Below are positions 9,832 through 20,193 of a DNA stretch of 64,000 nt, one piece after another. The stretch spans positions 1-64,000 of the forward strand of contig JAVKIP010000001.1 in assembly GCA_031459385.1 (NCBI GenBank). The letters run 5' to 3'. This DNA comes from Candidatus Fervidifonticultor secundus. GTDB lineage: Bacteria; Sysuimicrobiota; Sysuimicrobiia; Sysuimicrobiales; Humicultoraceae. The notes beneath the pieces are model-generated. The model searched no databases. It saw only the letters and a list, made by a program, of their open reading frames with translations, and was not told the origin of the DNA. The stretch's first letter is position 1; every line of letters starts with the position of its first letter. The position numbers and the translations under genes were made by a program.

Positions 9832-12282
9832 ATGGCGGCCGACGACGAACTGCGCATCATCTCGCGGCCGATCGAGGAGGAGATGAAGAGCTCCTACCTC
9901 GATTACGCCATGTCGGTCATCGTAAGTCGGGCCCTGCCTGACGTACGCGACGGGCTGAAGCCGGTACAGCGGCGCATACTGTACGCCATGGCCGAGCTGG
10001 GGCTGCGCCCCGAGGCGGCCTATCGGAAGTGTGCGCGTATCGTGGGGGAAGTGCTGGGCAAGTTTCACCCGCACGGCGAGGTGCCGGTGTACGATGCGCT
10101 GGTGCGCATGGCGCAGGACTGGTCGTTCCGGTACCCGCTGGTGGATGGACAGGGGAACTTCGGGAGCATCGACGGCGACGCCCCGGCGGCCATGCGCTAC
10201 ACCGAGGCGCGACTGGCGCCGGCGGCTGCAGAGTTGCTGGCCGATATCGATCGGGATACCGTCGGCTTCGTGCCGAACTTCGACGAAAGCCTGCAGGAAC
10301 CCGTGGTCCTGCCGGCCCGGCTGCCCAACCTGTTGATCAACGGCGCCAGCGGCATCGCCGTGGGTATGGCCACCAACATCCCGCCGCACAACCTGGGCGA
10401 GATCGTCGATGCGCTGGTGGCGTTGATCGAGAACCCCGCGCTGGCTCCGGACGACCTGTTGAAGATCGTCAAAGGACCTGACTTTCCCACGGGCGGGGTG
10501 ATCCTGGGACGCGAGGGGATCCACCAGGCGTACACCACCGGGAGGGGGAGCCTCACCGTGCAGGCCCGTACCGCCTTTGAAGAGCTGCGCGGGGGACGGG
10601 TCGCCATCGTCATCACCGAGGTACCGTTCATGGTCAGCAAGGCCGCGCTGATCCAGCGCATTGCCGAGCTGGTCAGGCAGAAGAAGCTGCAGGGGATCGC
10701 GGACCTGCGCGACGAGTCGGACCGGCGTGGGTTGCGGGTGGTCGTCGAGTTGCGGCGGGACGTCAACCCCCAGATCGTGCGCAACCAGCTCTTCAAACAC
10801 ACGCAGATGCAGACGACGTTCGGCGCCATTCTCCTGGCGCTGGTGGACGGCGCACCGCGGCAGTTGACGCTGAAAGAGATGCTGGTGCACTATCTGGCGC
10901 ACCGGCGTCACGTGGTGATCCGCCGTACCCGATTCGACCTGGCCCGGGCGGAGGAGCGGGCGCACATCCTGGAGGGGCTCAAGACCGCCCTGCAGGCTCT
11001 GGACGACGTCATCGCGCTGATCCGCCGGGCCAGGGACGTCCCGGCGGCCCGTGAGGGGCTCGTGAAGCGGTTCAAGCTGTCGGAGGTACAGGCGACTGCG
11101 ATTCTCGAGATGCGGTTGCAGCGGTTGACGGCGCTGGAACGTGGCAAGGTCGAGGAGGAGTATCGGGCGCTGCTGCGGGACATCGCGCGGTTCAAAGAGA
11201 TGCTGGCCGACGCCACCTCTCCGCGGCCGCGGCTGATCATGGCGGCGATCCGCGACGACCTGCTGGCGCTGAAGGAGAAATACGGGGACGCGCGCCGCAC
11301 GCGCATCCTCAGCCGGGAAGCCGAGGCGTTTGAGGCCGAGGATCTCATCCCCGACAGCGACGTGATCATTACGCTGACGCGCAACACGTACATCAAGCGC
11401 ATTCCGCTGGAGACCTATCGCGTACAGCGGCGCGGGGGGCGTGGGGTGGCCGGGCTGTCGATCCGGGAAGAGGACGTGGTCGAGCATGTGGCGGTCACCA
11501 CCAACCACTCGTTCTTGCTCTTCTTTACCGATCGGGGCAAGGTGTACCGCATCAAAGCCCACGAAGTCGCCGAGGCCAGCCGCACCGCCCGCGGGTTGCC
11601 GGTGGTCAACCTTATCAACATCGCCCAGGGCGAGCGGGTGAACGCGCTGATCTCCCTGCGGTCGTTTGAAGACGCCGGGGCGCTGTTCATGGTGACGCGG
11701 AAAGGGCTGGTGAAGAAGACGGGGCTGATGGAGTTCGTCAACGCCCGGCGGGCAGGCATCTTCGCGGTGACGCTGGAGGGCGACGACGCACTGGTGGGTG
11801 TGCGGTACGTGCAGAAGGATACCGAGGTGGCGCTGGCCACGCGCCAGGGCCGTGCTATCCGGTTCAAGGCCAGCCAGGTGCGCGAGATGGGGCGGATCGC
11901 GCGGGGCGTTATCGGCATCCGCCTGCGGGGCGACGACCGCGTCGTAGGGCTGGCGGATAGCACGGAGGGCCAGTACCTGCTCACCGTCACCGAGCAGGGG
12001 TACGGCAAACGCACGCCGTTTGCCCAGTATCCGGTGAAGCGTCGGGGAGGGATGGGTGTCATCAATATCAAGGTGACGAAGCGGAACGGTCCCGTTGTTG
12101 CTGTGCGGGCTGTGGACGACGATGACGAGGTGCTGATCATCTCGGCGACCGGTATCGTCAACCGGGTCGCGGTGCGGGAGATTGCGGTGCAGGGTCGGCA
12201 GGCCCAGGGCGTGCTGGTGAAGCGCCTGGAAGCCGGGGACCGCGTGGCCGCCGTGGCTCGCATCGCCGGGCGCGACGCGTGA
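9832..12282 (+). CDS. gyrA: DNA gyrase subunit A
   Basis: [32 protein letters not shown] catalytic Tyr, GyrA-box QRRGGRG, beta-pinwheel C-terminal domain. Confidence 0.98.
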   Translation: MAADDELRIISRPIEEEMKSSYLDYAMSVIVSRALPDVRDGLKPVQRRILYAMAELGLRPEAAYRKCARIVGEVLGKFHPHGEVPVYDALVRMAQDWSFRYPLVDGQGNFGSIDGDAPAAMRYTEARLAPAAAELLADIDRDTVGFVPNFDESLQEPVVLPARLPNLLINGASGIAVGMATNIPPHNLGEIVDALVALIENPALAPDDLLKIVKGPDFPTGGVILGREGIHQAYTTGRGSLTVQARTAFEELRGGRVAIVITEVPFMVSKAALIQRIAELVRQKKLQGIADLRDESDRRGLRVVVELRRDVNPQIVRNQLFKHTQMQTTFGAILLALVDGAPRQLTLKEMLVHYLAHRRHVVIRRTRFDLARAEERAHILEGLKTALQALDDVIALIRRARDVPAAREGLVKRFKLSEVQATAILEMRLQRLTALERGKVEEEYRALLRDIARFKEMLADATSPRPRLIMAAIRDDLLALKEKYGDARRTRILSREAEAFEAEDLIPDSDVIITLTRNTYIKRIPLETYRVQRRGGRGVAGLSIREEDVVEHVAVTTNHSFLLFFTDRGKVYRIKAHEVAEASRTARGLPVVNLINIAQGERVNALISLRSFEDAGALFMVTRKGLVKKTGLMEFVNARRAGIFAVTLEGDDALVGVRYVQKDTEVALATRQGRAIRFKASQVREMGRIARGVIGIRLRGDDRVVGLADSTEGQYLLTVTEQGYGKRTPFAQYPVKRRGGMGVINIKVTKRNGPVVAVRAVDDDDEVLIISATGIVNRVAVREIAVQGRQAQGVLVKRLEAGDRVAAVARIAGRDA

Positions 12283-12926
12283 GTCGGGCGTGGGCACGCT
12301 GGGGGCAGGCCCTGGGGGTCATTGGGGCAACGGTTCTCCTGCACGAGCTGGCGCACGCTGCCGTCGCCCGCCGGGTCGGCGGGGAGGTGCGGGAAGTGGG
12401 GCTGGGGTTCGGGCCGCCGCTGGCGCGCGCACGGCTGGGCGGCGTGACGGTCTCGGTGCGCCCGGTACCGGTGGGCGGCTTCGCCGCCATCGACGTGGAC
12501 CGGTTGCCGCCGGCGCGTCGCATCCCGGTCTTGCTGGCTGGGCCCCTGGCAAACGTGGCCGCCGGCCTGGTGCTGCGCGCACTCGGCGATCGGCGCGCGC
12601 CTGACGCGCTGCCCGGACAGGAGCGCGTCGTGGAAGTGGGCGGCCTGCTGGCCGCCCTTGCGATGTTGTCCCGGGCTGCCGGTGCGGGGCCGGCTGCGCT
12701 GGCGCGGACGGCCGGGATGGTCAACCTGAGCGTCGGTCTGGCCAACCTGCTGCCCGTGCTGCCGCTGGACGGTGGGCACCTGGCGGTGGCCCGACTGGAG
12801 GCAGCGGGTGTGAGCCCCACCGCGCGGCGCTGGTTCCGGCAGATCACTGTCGGACTCTTCCTGTGGCTGGCCGTGCGTGTGCTCCTCAACGATCTGGCCC
12901 GCCTGGCGCGGGCATCGCGCGCCTGA
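12279..12926 (+). CDS. Site-2 protease family (M50) zinc metalloprotease, no PDZ domain
   Basis: LHELAH and [11 protein letters not shown] motifs; hydrophobic; GTGA overlap with the gyrA stop. Confidence 0.9.
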   Translation: MSRAWARWGQALGVIGATVLLHELAHAAVARRVGGEVREVGLGFGPPLARARLGGVTVSVRPVPVGGFAAIDVDRLPPARRIPVLLAGPLANVAAGLVLRALGDRRAPDALPGQERVVEVGGLLAALAMLSRAAGAGPAALARTAGMVNLSVGLANLLPVLPLDGGHLAVARLEAAGVSPTARRWFRQITVGLFLWLAVRVLLNDLARLARASRA

Positions 12927-12941
12927 CGTCCTGCGGGGCGG

Positions 12942-13769
12942 ATGGACATCGTCATCGCCCCGCTCCGCGATGCGCCGCCGGCCGACCCGCAGGCGCTCCC
13001 CGCTGAATGGGCCGCGTGGGCCGAGGAGCCGGGGCACGTCGTGGCGGTGCAGGAAGAGGCGCGCGTGCTCGGTCGCGTGCACGTTGTTGTCGTCGGCCGC
13101 AGCGAGTGCTGGCTGGAAGGACTGTGGGTCCAGCCTGCGGCGCGAGGCCGCGGTGTTGGGGGGCGGCTGGTGGCCGCTGCCGAGGAGGTGGCCCGCGACT
13201 ACGGCGCTGAGGTGGCGCGCACGGCGATTCCCCGGCACGACTACGGGGCTGCGGCAGTGGCGGAGCGTGCGGGGTTTCAGCGGGTCTGCGATGCGGTCGT
13301 CCTGCTGGCAAACCTTCCTCATGGGCCCATCGACTTTCCCTTCGATACCCCGGTCGCGTCCGGCGAGGGACGGGACGTGCCCGCGTTGGTGGAGTTCCTG
13401 GCGGCATCTCCGACGCTCGCGGCCTGGCGCGGGCTCGTGCCGCTCGGGTGGCGGTTTCGCCGTCTCGTGCCCGAGCTCGTCCGTGGGCTGGCGAAGGACG
13501 GGCGCATCGTCCGCTCGGGCGACGCGGTAGAGGGTGCGGCGGCGTTCGCGCTGCGCGGCGACACCGTGGTGTTCTCGTGGCTCGACGCGCCCCGTCCGCA
13601 GCGGCAGGCGCTGTTCGCGGCAGTGGCGGAGCGCGCCAGGACCGCCGGCGCGGTGCGGGCAGCCGTGTTTGCCCCGGACGCCTGGGCACTGGAAGGCATC
13701 CGGGCGGCCTTCACCCCGCACCCGTGGTGTCCGGATGGACTGCTCGTGGTGGAGAAACGGCTGGGTTGA
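12942..13769 (+). CDS. GNAT family N-acetyltransferase
   Basis: WLEGLWVQPAARGRGVGGRL acetyl-CoA motif A. Confidence 0.85.
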   Translation: MDIVIAPLRDAPPADPQALPAEWAAWAEEPGHVVAVQEEARVLGRVHVVVVGRSECWLEGLWVQPAARGRGVGGRLVAAAEEVARDYGAEVARTAIPRHDYGAAAVAERAGFQRVCDAVVLLANLPHGPIDFPFDTPVASGEGRDVPALVEFLAASPTLAAWRGLVPLGWRFRRLVPELVRGLAKDGRIVRSGDAVEGAAAFALRGDTVVFSWLDAPRPQRQALFAAVAERARTAGAVRAAVFAPDAWALEGIRAAFTPHPWCPDGLLVVEKRLG

Positions 13770-13786
13770 TGGCGAGGTGAAGGACG

Positions 13787-15184
13787 GTGGTGGAGATCGC
13801 CTGGGCGGTGCTGGCGTTCGCGCTGGGTGCCGTGGTGGCGTGGGTCGTCGCCAGCGCCCGCGCCCACGTCGGGGCCTCCCGCGAGCTGGCGGACCTGCGC
13901 GGCCGGCTGAGCGCGGCCGAGAGCGTGGGTGGAGAACTCCGGGGGCAGGCCGCGCAGCGCGAGCAGGAGTTGGCCGCCGCGCGCGCTGCCCTGGAGCAGG
14001 AGCGGCAGGCGCGGGTCGAAGCGGAAACCCGGCTGGAGCACGCGCAGGAGAGCCTGCAGGCACAGCAGCGGCTGCTCGAAGAGGCCACCGCGCGCCTGAC
14101 CGATACGTTCAAAGCGCTGAGCGCCGATGCGCTCCGCAGTAACAACCAGTCGTTCCTCGACCTGGCCCGGCAGGCTCTGGGTGCGGTGCTCACCGAGGCC
14201 AGGGGCGAACTGGGACAGCGGCAGGAGGCGTTGGGGGCGCTGATCCAGCCCCTGCAGGAGATGCTCCGGCGCTACGAAGAGCAGGTGCAGGATCTGGAGC
14301 GCCGGCGCCAGTCGGCCTACGGCAGCCTGGAGGAGCAGCTGCGGGCACTGAGCGCCACGCAGCAACAGCTGCAGCGGGAGACGGGCAACCTGGTCGCCGC
14401 TCTGCGCAGCCCGCGGGTCCGCGGACGGTGGGGGGAGACCACGCTGCGGCGAGTCGTGGAGATCGCCGGGATGACCGAGCACATCGATTACGTCGAGCAG
14501 GAGACCCTCGACGGCGAGGCGCGCCTGCGGCCCGACCTCGTCGTGTACCTGCCCGGCGGGCGCTCGATCGTCGTGGACGCCAAGGCGCCGCTGGACGCGT
14601 ACCTCGATGCCATCGCTGCGTCCGATGAGGAGACGCGCTTGGCGGCGCTCAAGCGGCACGCGCAGCAGCTGCGGGGGCACATGACGGCGCTCTCCAACAA
14701 GGCCTACTGGGACCACCTGCCGGGGACGCCCGAGATGGTGGTCATGTTCATTCCTGGCGAGTCGTTCTTCGCGGCGGCGGTCGAGGCCGACCCGCAGCTG
14801 CTCGAGGACGGGATGGCCAACCGGGTCGTCCTGGCGACGCCGACGACGCTGCTCACCGTGCTTCGCGCGGTCGGCTACGGGTGGCGCCAGGAACAGATCG
14901 CCGAGAACGCGCGGCGCATCAGTGACCTGGGACGGGTCCTCTACGAGCGTATGGGCGTGCTCGCCGATCATCTGGCTACTGTCGGCAAGGCGCTGGGCCG
15001 TGCCACCGAGGCGTACAACAAGGCCGTGGGGTCGCTGGAAACGCGGGTGCTGCCCGCGGCGCGGCGTTTTCGCGAGCTGGGTGCGGCGACGGGAGACGAG
15101 ATCCCGCTGCTGGATGTGGTGGAGCAAGAACCACGCCAGCTGAGCCTGCCGAGTGTGGGGGAGTCGGCCGAACCGGACGCATGA
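13787..15184 (+). CDS. rmuC: DNA recombination protein RmuC
   Basis: N-terminal TM, long coiled coil, RGRWGE, RPDLVVYLPGG..IVVDAK, VVMFIPGE, ATPTTL. Confidence 0.93.
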   Translation: MVEIAWAVLAFALGAVVAWVVASARAHVGASRELADLRGRLSAAESVGGELRGQAAQREQELAAARAALEQERQARVEAETRLEHAQESLQAQQRLLEEATARLTDTFKALSADALRSNNQSFLDLARQALGAVLTEARGELGQRQEALGALIQPLQEMLRRYEEQVQDLERRRQSAYGSLEEQLRALSATQQQLQRETGNLVAALRSPRVRGRWGETTLRRVVEIAGMTEHIDYVEQETLDGEARLRPDLVVYLPGGRSIVVDAKAPLDAYLDAIAASDEETRLAALKRHAQQLRGHMTALSNKAYWDHLPGTPEMVVMFIPGESFFAAAVEADPQLLEDGMANRVVLATPTTLLTVLRAVGYGWRQEQIAENARRISDLGRVLYERMGVLADHLATVGKALGRATEAYNKAVGSLETRVLPAARRFRELGAATGDEIPLLDVVEQEPRQLSLPSVGESAEPDA

Positions 15185-15200
15185 GGGTGGAGGCAGGGAG

Positions 15201-15659
15201 ATGGACCCGCTGATCGCGTCGCACTGGAAGATCCTCGACGATCTCCACCGGCAGATCGTCGATGTCGTCGCGCCGCTGTCGGACGACGCGCTCAACCGTT
15301 CGGTGCCGGGGCTGCGCAACACGGCCGGGATTCTCCTGCGGCACATCGCGGGCTCGGAGCGCTACTGGATCGGTGAGATCGTGGGCGGCCGGCCGGCGCA
15401 CCGCCGGCGGGCCAGCGAGTTCGCGCACGATCGCATTGACGGCGCGGCCGTGCTGGCAGAGCTGGTACGAGTGCGCGCGCTCACGCGCGAGGTGCTGGAG
15501 GAGCTCCGCGCCCCGGACCTGCTGGCAGAGGTAGCAGTCGAGCGGTCGGCCGGACCCACGACCGAGACCAAGGCCTATGCCGTGCTCCACGCCGTTCAGC
15601 ACGCTGCGTTCCACCTCGGGCAACTGCGCTACCTGGTCCGGCTGCTCGGCACAGGATAG
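15201..15659 (+). CDS. DinB/DUF664 family protein
   Basis: ATG 15201 with SD; LLRHIAGSERYW and HAVQHAAFHLGQ His motifs. Confidence 0.85.
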   Translation: MDPLIASHWKILDDLHRQIVDVVAPLSDDALNRSVPGLRNTAGILLRHIAGSERYWIGEIVGGRPAHRRRASEFAHDRIDGAAVLAELVRVRALTREVLEELRAPDLLAEVAVERSAGPTTETKAYAVLHAVQHAAFHLGQLRYLVRLLGTG

Positions 15660-15665
15660 CCTGGC

Positions 15666-16631
15666 ATGCGCGATGCGGCAGGACCCCTGCTGGGGGCCGC
15701 GGCGGCGCTGGCTCTTCTGGTGGTGGCAGGTCTGTGGGCTGGCGCGGGGGCACAGGCCAGCGCAGGCGCGGAGGTCGGGATTGGGGCGCAAGCCGGTGCG
15801 GGCGCGCTGGTCACGATCGGGGCGCGGACCGGTGCAGCGCCGGCGGATGCCGGCGGGCGGGGTGAGGTGGCGGACCCGCTGGCGGTGTCCGCTCGCACCG
15901 CCGCGCACCTGGGGCTTCGGGTCGGCGACGTTGTGGAGATCAGCGCGGAGCCGTCGTTTGCACGGGCGCGGCGTGCCCGTGTGGTCGCGGTGTGGCATGG
16001 GCCGGAGCATCCTGCTGACGTCGCCAGGCAGGAGGCGCTGGTCCGCCTGCCCCTGCATGCGCTGGAAGCCGTGCTCGGCCGCGACGACACCGTCGACCGC
16101 ATCGTCGTCCGGCTCCAGGGCGGCGCGGATCCCGCGCGCGTGCGCGACGACCTGCGGGCGACCGTGGCGGGTGTGGACGTCTACACGGCCGCGGAGCTCG
16201 TTGAGCGTACGTCGCGGACGTTCGCGGTCGTCGTCCGGTTCCACCGGGCGATCAGCGTCGTTACCATCCTGGCCAGTGGCATCTTCCTCGTGGCGGTCAT
16301 GACCCTGAAGCTCGCAGAGATGCGGCGCGAACTCGGCGCGCTGCGGCTGGCCGGCGTCGGGCGCGCCACCGTGTGGCGGACCGTCGTCGGGCTGGCCGCC
16401 GTCATGGCCCTGGCCGGGACCGCGGCGGGCGTTGTCATGGGTGCGGTGCTGGTGGCGGGCATCAACGGGTACTACCGGCCGCGGTTTGAGACAGCGCTGG
16501 TTTTCGCGCGGCTCGAGGGTCGCACTGTGCGTGACGCCGCCGCGCTGGCGGTTGCGTTGGGCCTTGGCGCCGGCGTGGCCGTCGCCGGACGCCTTGCCCG
16601 GCGCAGTCCGCTGGAGCTGATCGGGCGCTGA
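15666..16631 (+). CDS. FtsX/MacB-type ABC transporter permease
   Basis: N-terminal hydrophobic segment, extracytoplasmic domain, RRELGALRLAG motif and C-terminal TMs. Confidence 0.82.
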   Translation: MRDAAGPLLGAAAALALLVVAGLWAGAGAQASAGAEVGIGAQAGAGALVTIGARTGAAPADAGGRGEVADPLAVSARTAAHLGLRVGDVVEISAEPSFARARRARVVAVWHGPEHPADVARQEALVRLPLHALEAVLGRDDTVDRIVVRLQGGADPARVRDDLRATVAGVDVYTAAELVERTSRTFAVVVRFHRAISVVTILASGIFLVAVMTLKLAEMRRELGALRLAGVGRATVWRTVVGLAAVMALAGTAAGVVMGAVLVAGINGYYRPRFETALVFARLEGRTVRDAAALAVALGLGAGVAVAGRLARRSPLELIGR

Positions 16632-17803
16632 TGGTAGGGTTCCTGGCGCGGCGCATGCTGCGCCGCACGCCCGCGCGGACAGGGCTGCTGGTCATCGGGG
16701 TCGCCGTGGCGGGCGCGCTGGTCTTCGACATGGCGATGCTCGGGCGGGGGCTGGAGCGCAGCTTCGGCGAGATCCTGGCGACCCTGGGGTATGAGATCCG
16801 CGTCGTGCTGCGCGGGACGCTGCCGCTGACCACCGAGGCGCTGTTGCCCCGGGCGGACGCGGTCGCGCGCGATCTCGGACGGCACCCCGAGGTGGCGGCG
16901 GCGAGTCCGGTGCTGGTCCACCAGGTGTACGCAGAGACGCCCACCGGGGCGCTCCCCGTGGTGGTGGTGGGCCTGCGAGCCGAGGTCACCGGCATCGTCC
17001 GGCCGCTGGCCGGCGCGCCGGCCGGTGGTGTGCTGATGAACGGGCACCTGGCCGCGCGCCTGGGGGTGCGCCCGGGAGAGCATATCAGGCTGGCGGCGCG
17101 GCTGGATCCTCAGACCGGAGCGCTGCTGCGGGCGCGCGCGGTGCGCGTCGACGGTCTGGGGGAGTTCGTCTTCGACCTGCAGGGGCAGCGCTCGCTGGCG
17201 ATGCCTGTTGAGACGCTGCGTGACCTGCTGGGTGTCGCGCCCGAGGCGGCGTCGTTCCTGGTGGTCAGGCTGCGGCCTGGGGCCGACCCCGAGGCCGTCA
17301 CCCGGTGGATCGACACGGCGTTCCCTGCCTTGGAGGCGCTGTCGATCGAGCGGCTGCTGGCGCAGGTCCGGCGGCAACTGGTCTACTTTCGCCATTTCGC
17401 AGCGATCCTGAGCGGGGTGGGTCTGTTGCTGGCCGCGCTCCTGATCGGGGCCGTGCTGACCGTGGCCGTGGGCGAACGCCTGGGCGAACTGGCGGTGCTG
17501 CGGGCGATGGGGCTCACACGGTGGCGGATTGTGCAGCTCGTGCTGGTCGAGGGTCTCTTCCTGGCCGCGGCGAGCATGCCCCTGGCCCTGGTGCTGGGCG
17601 TGCTGGTGGGGAGGCCGCTGGACGCGATTCTGCGGGCCACGCCCGGGATCCCGCAGGACCTGCACTTCTTCGTGGTGACGCCCGGCGCGGCTGCGCGCGC
17701 GGTCGGCACCGTGCTGGTGACGGCCGTGCTGGGCGCGGTCTATCCGGCGTGGATAGCGGGTCGGCTCAACGTGTCAGCGATGCTGCACCAGGAGGTGCAG
17801 TAG
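16631..17803 (+). CDS. FtsX/MacB-type ABC transporter permease
   Basis: LARRMLRRTPART N-terminus, ERLGELAVLRAMG, LGAVYPAW. Confidence 0.9.
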   Translation: MVGFLARRMLRRTPARTGLLVIGVAVAGALVFDMAMLGRGLERSFGEILATLGYEIRVVLRGTLPLTTEALLPRADAVARDLGRHPEVAAASPVLVHQVYAETPTGALPVVVVGLRAEVTGIVRPLAGAPAGGVLMNGHLAARLGVRPGEHIRLAARLDPQTGALLRARAVRVDGLGEFVFDLQGQRSLAMPVETLRDLLGVAPEAASFLVVRLRPGADPEAVTRWIDTAFPALEALSIERLLAQVRRQLVYFRHFAAILSGVGLLLAALLIGAVLTVAVGERLGELAVLRAMGLTRWRIVQLVLVEGLFLAAASMPLALVLGVLVGRPLDAILRATPGIPQDLHFFVVTPGAAARAVGTVLVTAVLGAVYPAWIAGRLNVSAMLHQEVQ

Positions 17804-17806
17804 GAG

Positions 17807-18505
17807 GTGGAGATCCCCGTGGCCCCTGCGGCCGGCGGGTCGGTCGTGGACGTGCGGCAGGCCAGTCGGACCTATGTCATGAACGGCGTCACGGTGACAG
17901 CCGTCCGCGAGGCGTCGCTCGAGGTGCGGGCCGGGGAGTTCGTGGCGATTGTGGGGCCTTCCGGCAGCGGGAAGTCCACGCTGCTGCATCTGATGGGCGG
18001 CGTGGACCTGCCCACCGGGGGCGAGGTGCGGCTCTTCGGAGAGGCCACGCACCGGCTCTCCGACGCGGCGCTCTCGGGGTTGCGTTTGCGCCGGATCGGA
18101 TTCGTCTTCCAGCGGTTCTTCCTGCTGCCGATGCTCACCGTGGAGGAGAATGTGGTGCTGCCGCTGCTCGAGGCACGCACCCCGCCGCCGGCGCGGCGAG
18201 CCCGGGTGGAGGAGGTGCTCGCCTACGTGGGGTTGGGCCACCGGCGAACCCACCGTCCGGGGCAGCTCAGCGGAGGCGAGATGCAGCGGGTGGCCATCGC
18301 TCGAGCGCTGGTCAACCGGCCAGCGTTGCTGCTGGCGGATGAGCCGACCGGGGAGCTCGATCGGCGAAGCGGGCACGAGATCGGACTGCTGCTGCAGCGC
18401 ATCCACCGGGAGGGCACTGCAGTCGTCGTGGTGACGCACAACGCGGACCTGGCGGCGCTGGCCGACCGGATCCTGGCCATGCGGGACGGGCACCTGGGCC
18501 CATGA
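17807..18505 (+). CDS. ABC ATP-binding protein (LolD/MacB type)
   Basis: GPSGSGKS, GFVFQ, LSGGEMQRVAIARAL, ADEPTG, VTHN. Confidence 0.95.
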   Translation: MEIPVAPAAGGSVVDVRQASRTYVMNGVTVTAVREASLEVRAGEFVAIVGPSGSGKSTLLHLMGGVDLPTGGEVRLFGEATHRLSDAALSGLRLRRIGFVFQRFFLLPMLTVEENVVLPLLEARTPPPARRARVEEVLAYVGLGHRRTHRPGQLSGGEMQRVAIARALVNRPALLLADEPTGELDRRSGHEIGLLLQRIHREGTAVVVVTHNADLAALADRILAMRDGHLGP

Positions 18506-19977
18506 GCTCCGCTGCGCTGTTGATCAGGCGGACGCTGCGCTACCGCCCCTGGCGCATGGCGGTGTTGCTGGGCGGCTTCGGGCTCGGCGTAGCGGTCATG
18601 GTCGCGCTGCTGGCCGTGGGCGATGCGCTCCTCAGCCAGGCGCGGGATCGCGACGTGGTGGCCGGCGGAGACCTGGTGCTGCTGCCGGCGGGGCTGGATC
18701 CCGAGGTGCTCAAGGTCGGCGCGGTCACGGGCATGTACCTGGCGATTCCCAACGCACGGTTCCTGACGCGGCAGGTGCTGCTGGGCCCGCGGTACGCCGC
18801 AGCCATCGCCGGGGCGTCGCCCGAGATCGTGGACAAACTGGTCTACGTGCGGACCGATGACGGCCGCGTACACACCGCCAGGGCCAGCGGGGTGGTGCCG
18901 GAGGCGGCGCGCGACGCGCGCAGCGCCCTGGCAGTGGATCTGGAGGACCCCGCAGCGGCGGTCCAGGGCGGTCCCCTGCTCCCGCCGTGGCCGGCGCTCC
19001 TGGCGCGGCTCGACCGCTTTCACCAGCCGCCCGTGGGCACGGCCGGCCGGGCGTGGGCCGAGTGGTGGTACTTCAACTTTGCGGCGGCTGACGGTGCGTA
19101 CGGGTACGTCAGTATGATTGCCGACCGGGCGCGGCGGGTGACCGTCGCCGTGGAGTGGCGGCGGCCTGGCCGGGAGCCGGTGCGCTGGATCGAGCGGCAC
19201 GCGGGAGGCGTTCTGCCGGTGGAGGGGACGGCGCTCGTTGCCGGACCCCACCGTGTGGAGCTGCGCGACGGCGTCTACCACGTGCGCCTGCGGCGGCAGG
19301 GGTTTGCCGCCGACCTGCGCTGGCGGCCGGTGCCCTTTGCGTACGTCCCGCCGCTCGAACTCGACACGGGCGCGGTTCGCTCGGGGTACGTCGTACCCGC
19401 GCTGCGCGCAGCGGTGACGGGCAGGGTCATCGTCGGCGGGGCAGCGGTGGCCGTGGACGCCATCGGCTACCACGACCACAACTGGGGTACCTGGCAGGCG
19501 GTCACCTGGGAGTGGGGGATCGTCAGTACCCCGGACGTGGCGTTGCTGGCGGGCGTCGTGCGGCACCCGTCGCTCCCGACCCGGGAGATGCTGGTTTCGA
19601 TTTACGCCCTCGGCGGCGCGCGGCCCGGCGTACTGGGGGTGTTGCGGGCTCCGGGACCGGTGCGGGAGAGGTGGCGGGACGGCCCACGGGTCGACGGCGT
19701 GCGAGTACGCGTGCCCGGACGGCTGTTCTACCGGGCGGTGAACCCTGCGGGGGACTGGCTGGAGGTACAGGTTGCGGTGCAGGAGGTGACGGCGACGTCG
19801 CTGGTGGCTGCCGGGGTGGCCGTCGCCGGTGCCGATAGGGGTGTGCTCTCGCCGGGGCGGGAGGTCTTCCTGCAGATGCGCGGGCGCTTCGCGGTACGGG
19901 GGATCGTGGGGGGGCGCCGGCTGGCGGTGACGGCGCCGGGGTTCGCGGAGACGTTTGTCTCGCTGAAGCGGCGGTGA
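18502..19977 (+). CDS. Fusion of a MacB-like N-terminal TM/extracytoplasmic segment with a CrtC/AttH-like beta-barrel domain
   Basis: N-terminus LIRRTLRYRPWRMAVLLGGFGLGVAVMVALL..GD resembles a permease TM1. C-terminal part has WAEWWYFN and GYHDHNWG..WEW motifs. Confidence 0.7.
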   Translation: MSSAALLIRRTLRYRPWRMAVLLGGFGLGVAVMVALLAVGDALLSQARDRDVVAGGDLVLLPAGLDPEVLKVGAVTGMYLAIPNARFLTRQVLLGPRYAAAIAGASPEIVDKLVYVRTDDGRVHTARASGVVPEAARDARSALAVDLEDPAAAVQGGPLLPPWPALLARLDRFHQPPVGTAGRAWAEWWYFNFAAADGAYGYVSMIADRARRVTVAVEWRRPGREPVRWIERHAGGVLPVEGTALVAGPHRVELRDGVYHVRLRRQGFAADLRWRPVPFAYVPPLELDTGAVRSGYVVPALRAAVTGRVIVGGAAVAVDAIGYHDHNWGTWQAVTWEWGIVSTPDVALLAGVVRHPSLPTREMLVSIYALGGARPGVLGVLRAPGPVRERWRDGPRVDGVRVRVPGRLFYRAVNPAGDWLEVQVAVQEVTATSLVAAGVAVAGADRGVLSPGREVFLQMRGRFAVRGIVGGRRLAVTAPGFAETFVSLKRR

Positions 19978-20118
19978 CGGTGTACCGGCACGCGGTGACA
20001 GGCCACGGGCGTCGCAGGCGGCCCGCAGCCTGACTGTGCTGTGACCGACAGCCCGCCGACCACCTCGATGCTGGGACGGATGGACAGCCCTACCGCGGCT
20101 GCTGCCCGGCCGGGTCTG

Positions 20119-20162
20119 TGGTAGGCTGGGGACCGATACCCGCGCCCGAATGGGCGCGCGGG
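20119..20162 (+). promoter_or_regulatory. Putative extended -10 promoter and leader hairpin of the aro operon
   Basis: TGgTAGGCT 20119-20127; hairpin CCCGCGCCC-gaat-GGGCGCGCGGG 20139-20162; SD AAGGAGG before aroC. Confidence 0.45.
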
Positions 20163-20193
20163 AGGCGCCGCGAAGGGCCGCGAAGGAGGAAGT

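Noticed and set aside
13787..15184. RmuC as an anti-phage (Shield-like) system
   Set aside because: Architecture is that of housekeeping RmuC (TM, coiled coil, nuclease-like domain), with no defence-island neighbours.
19978..20193. T-box or riboswitch upstream of aroC
   Set aside because: No T-box consensus, no U-tailed terminator and no aromatic-codon leader peptide; only a single hairpin.
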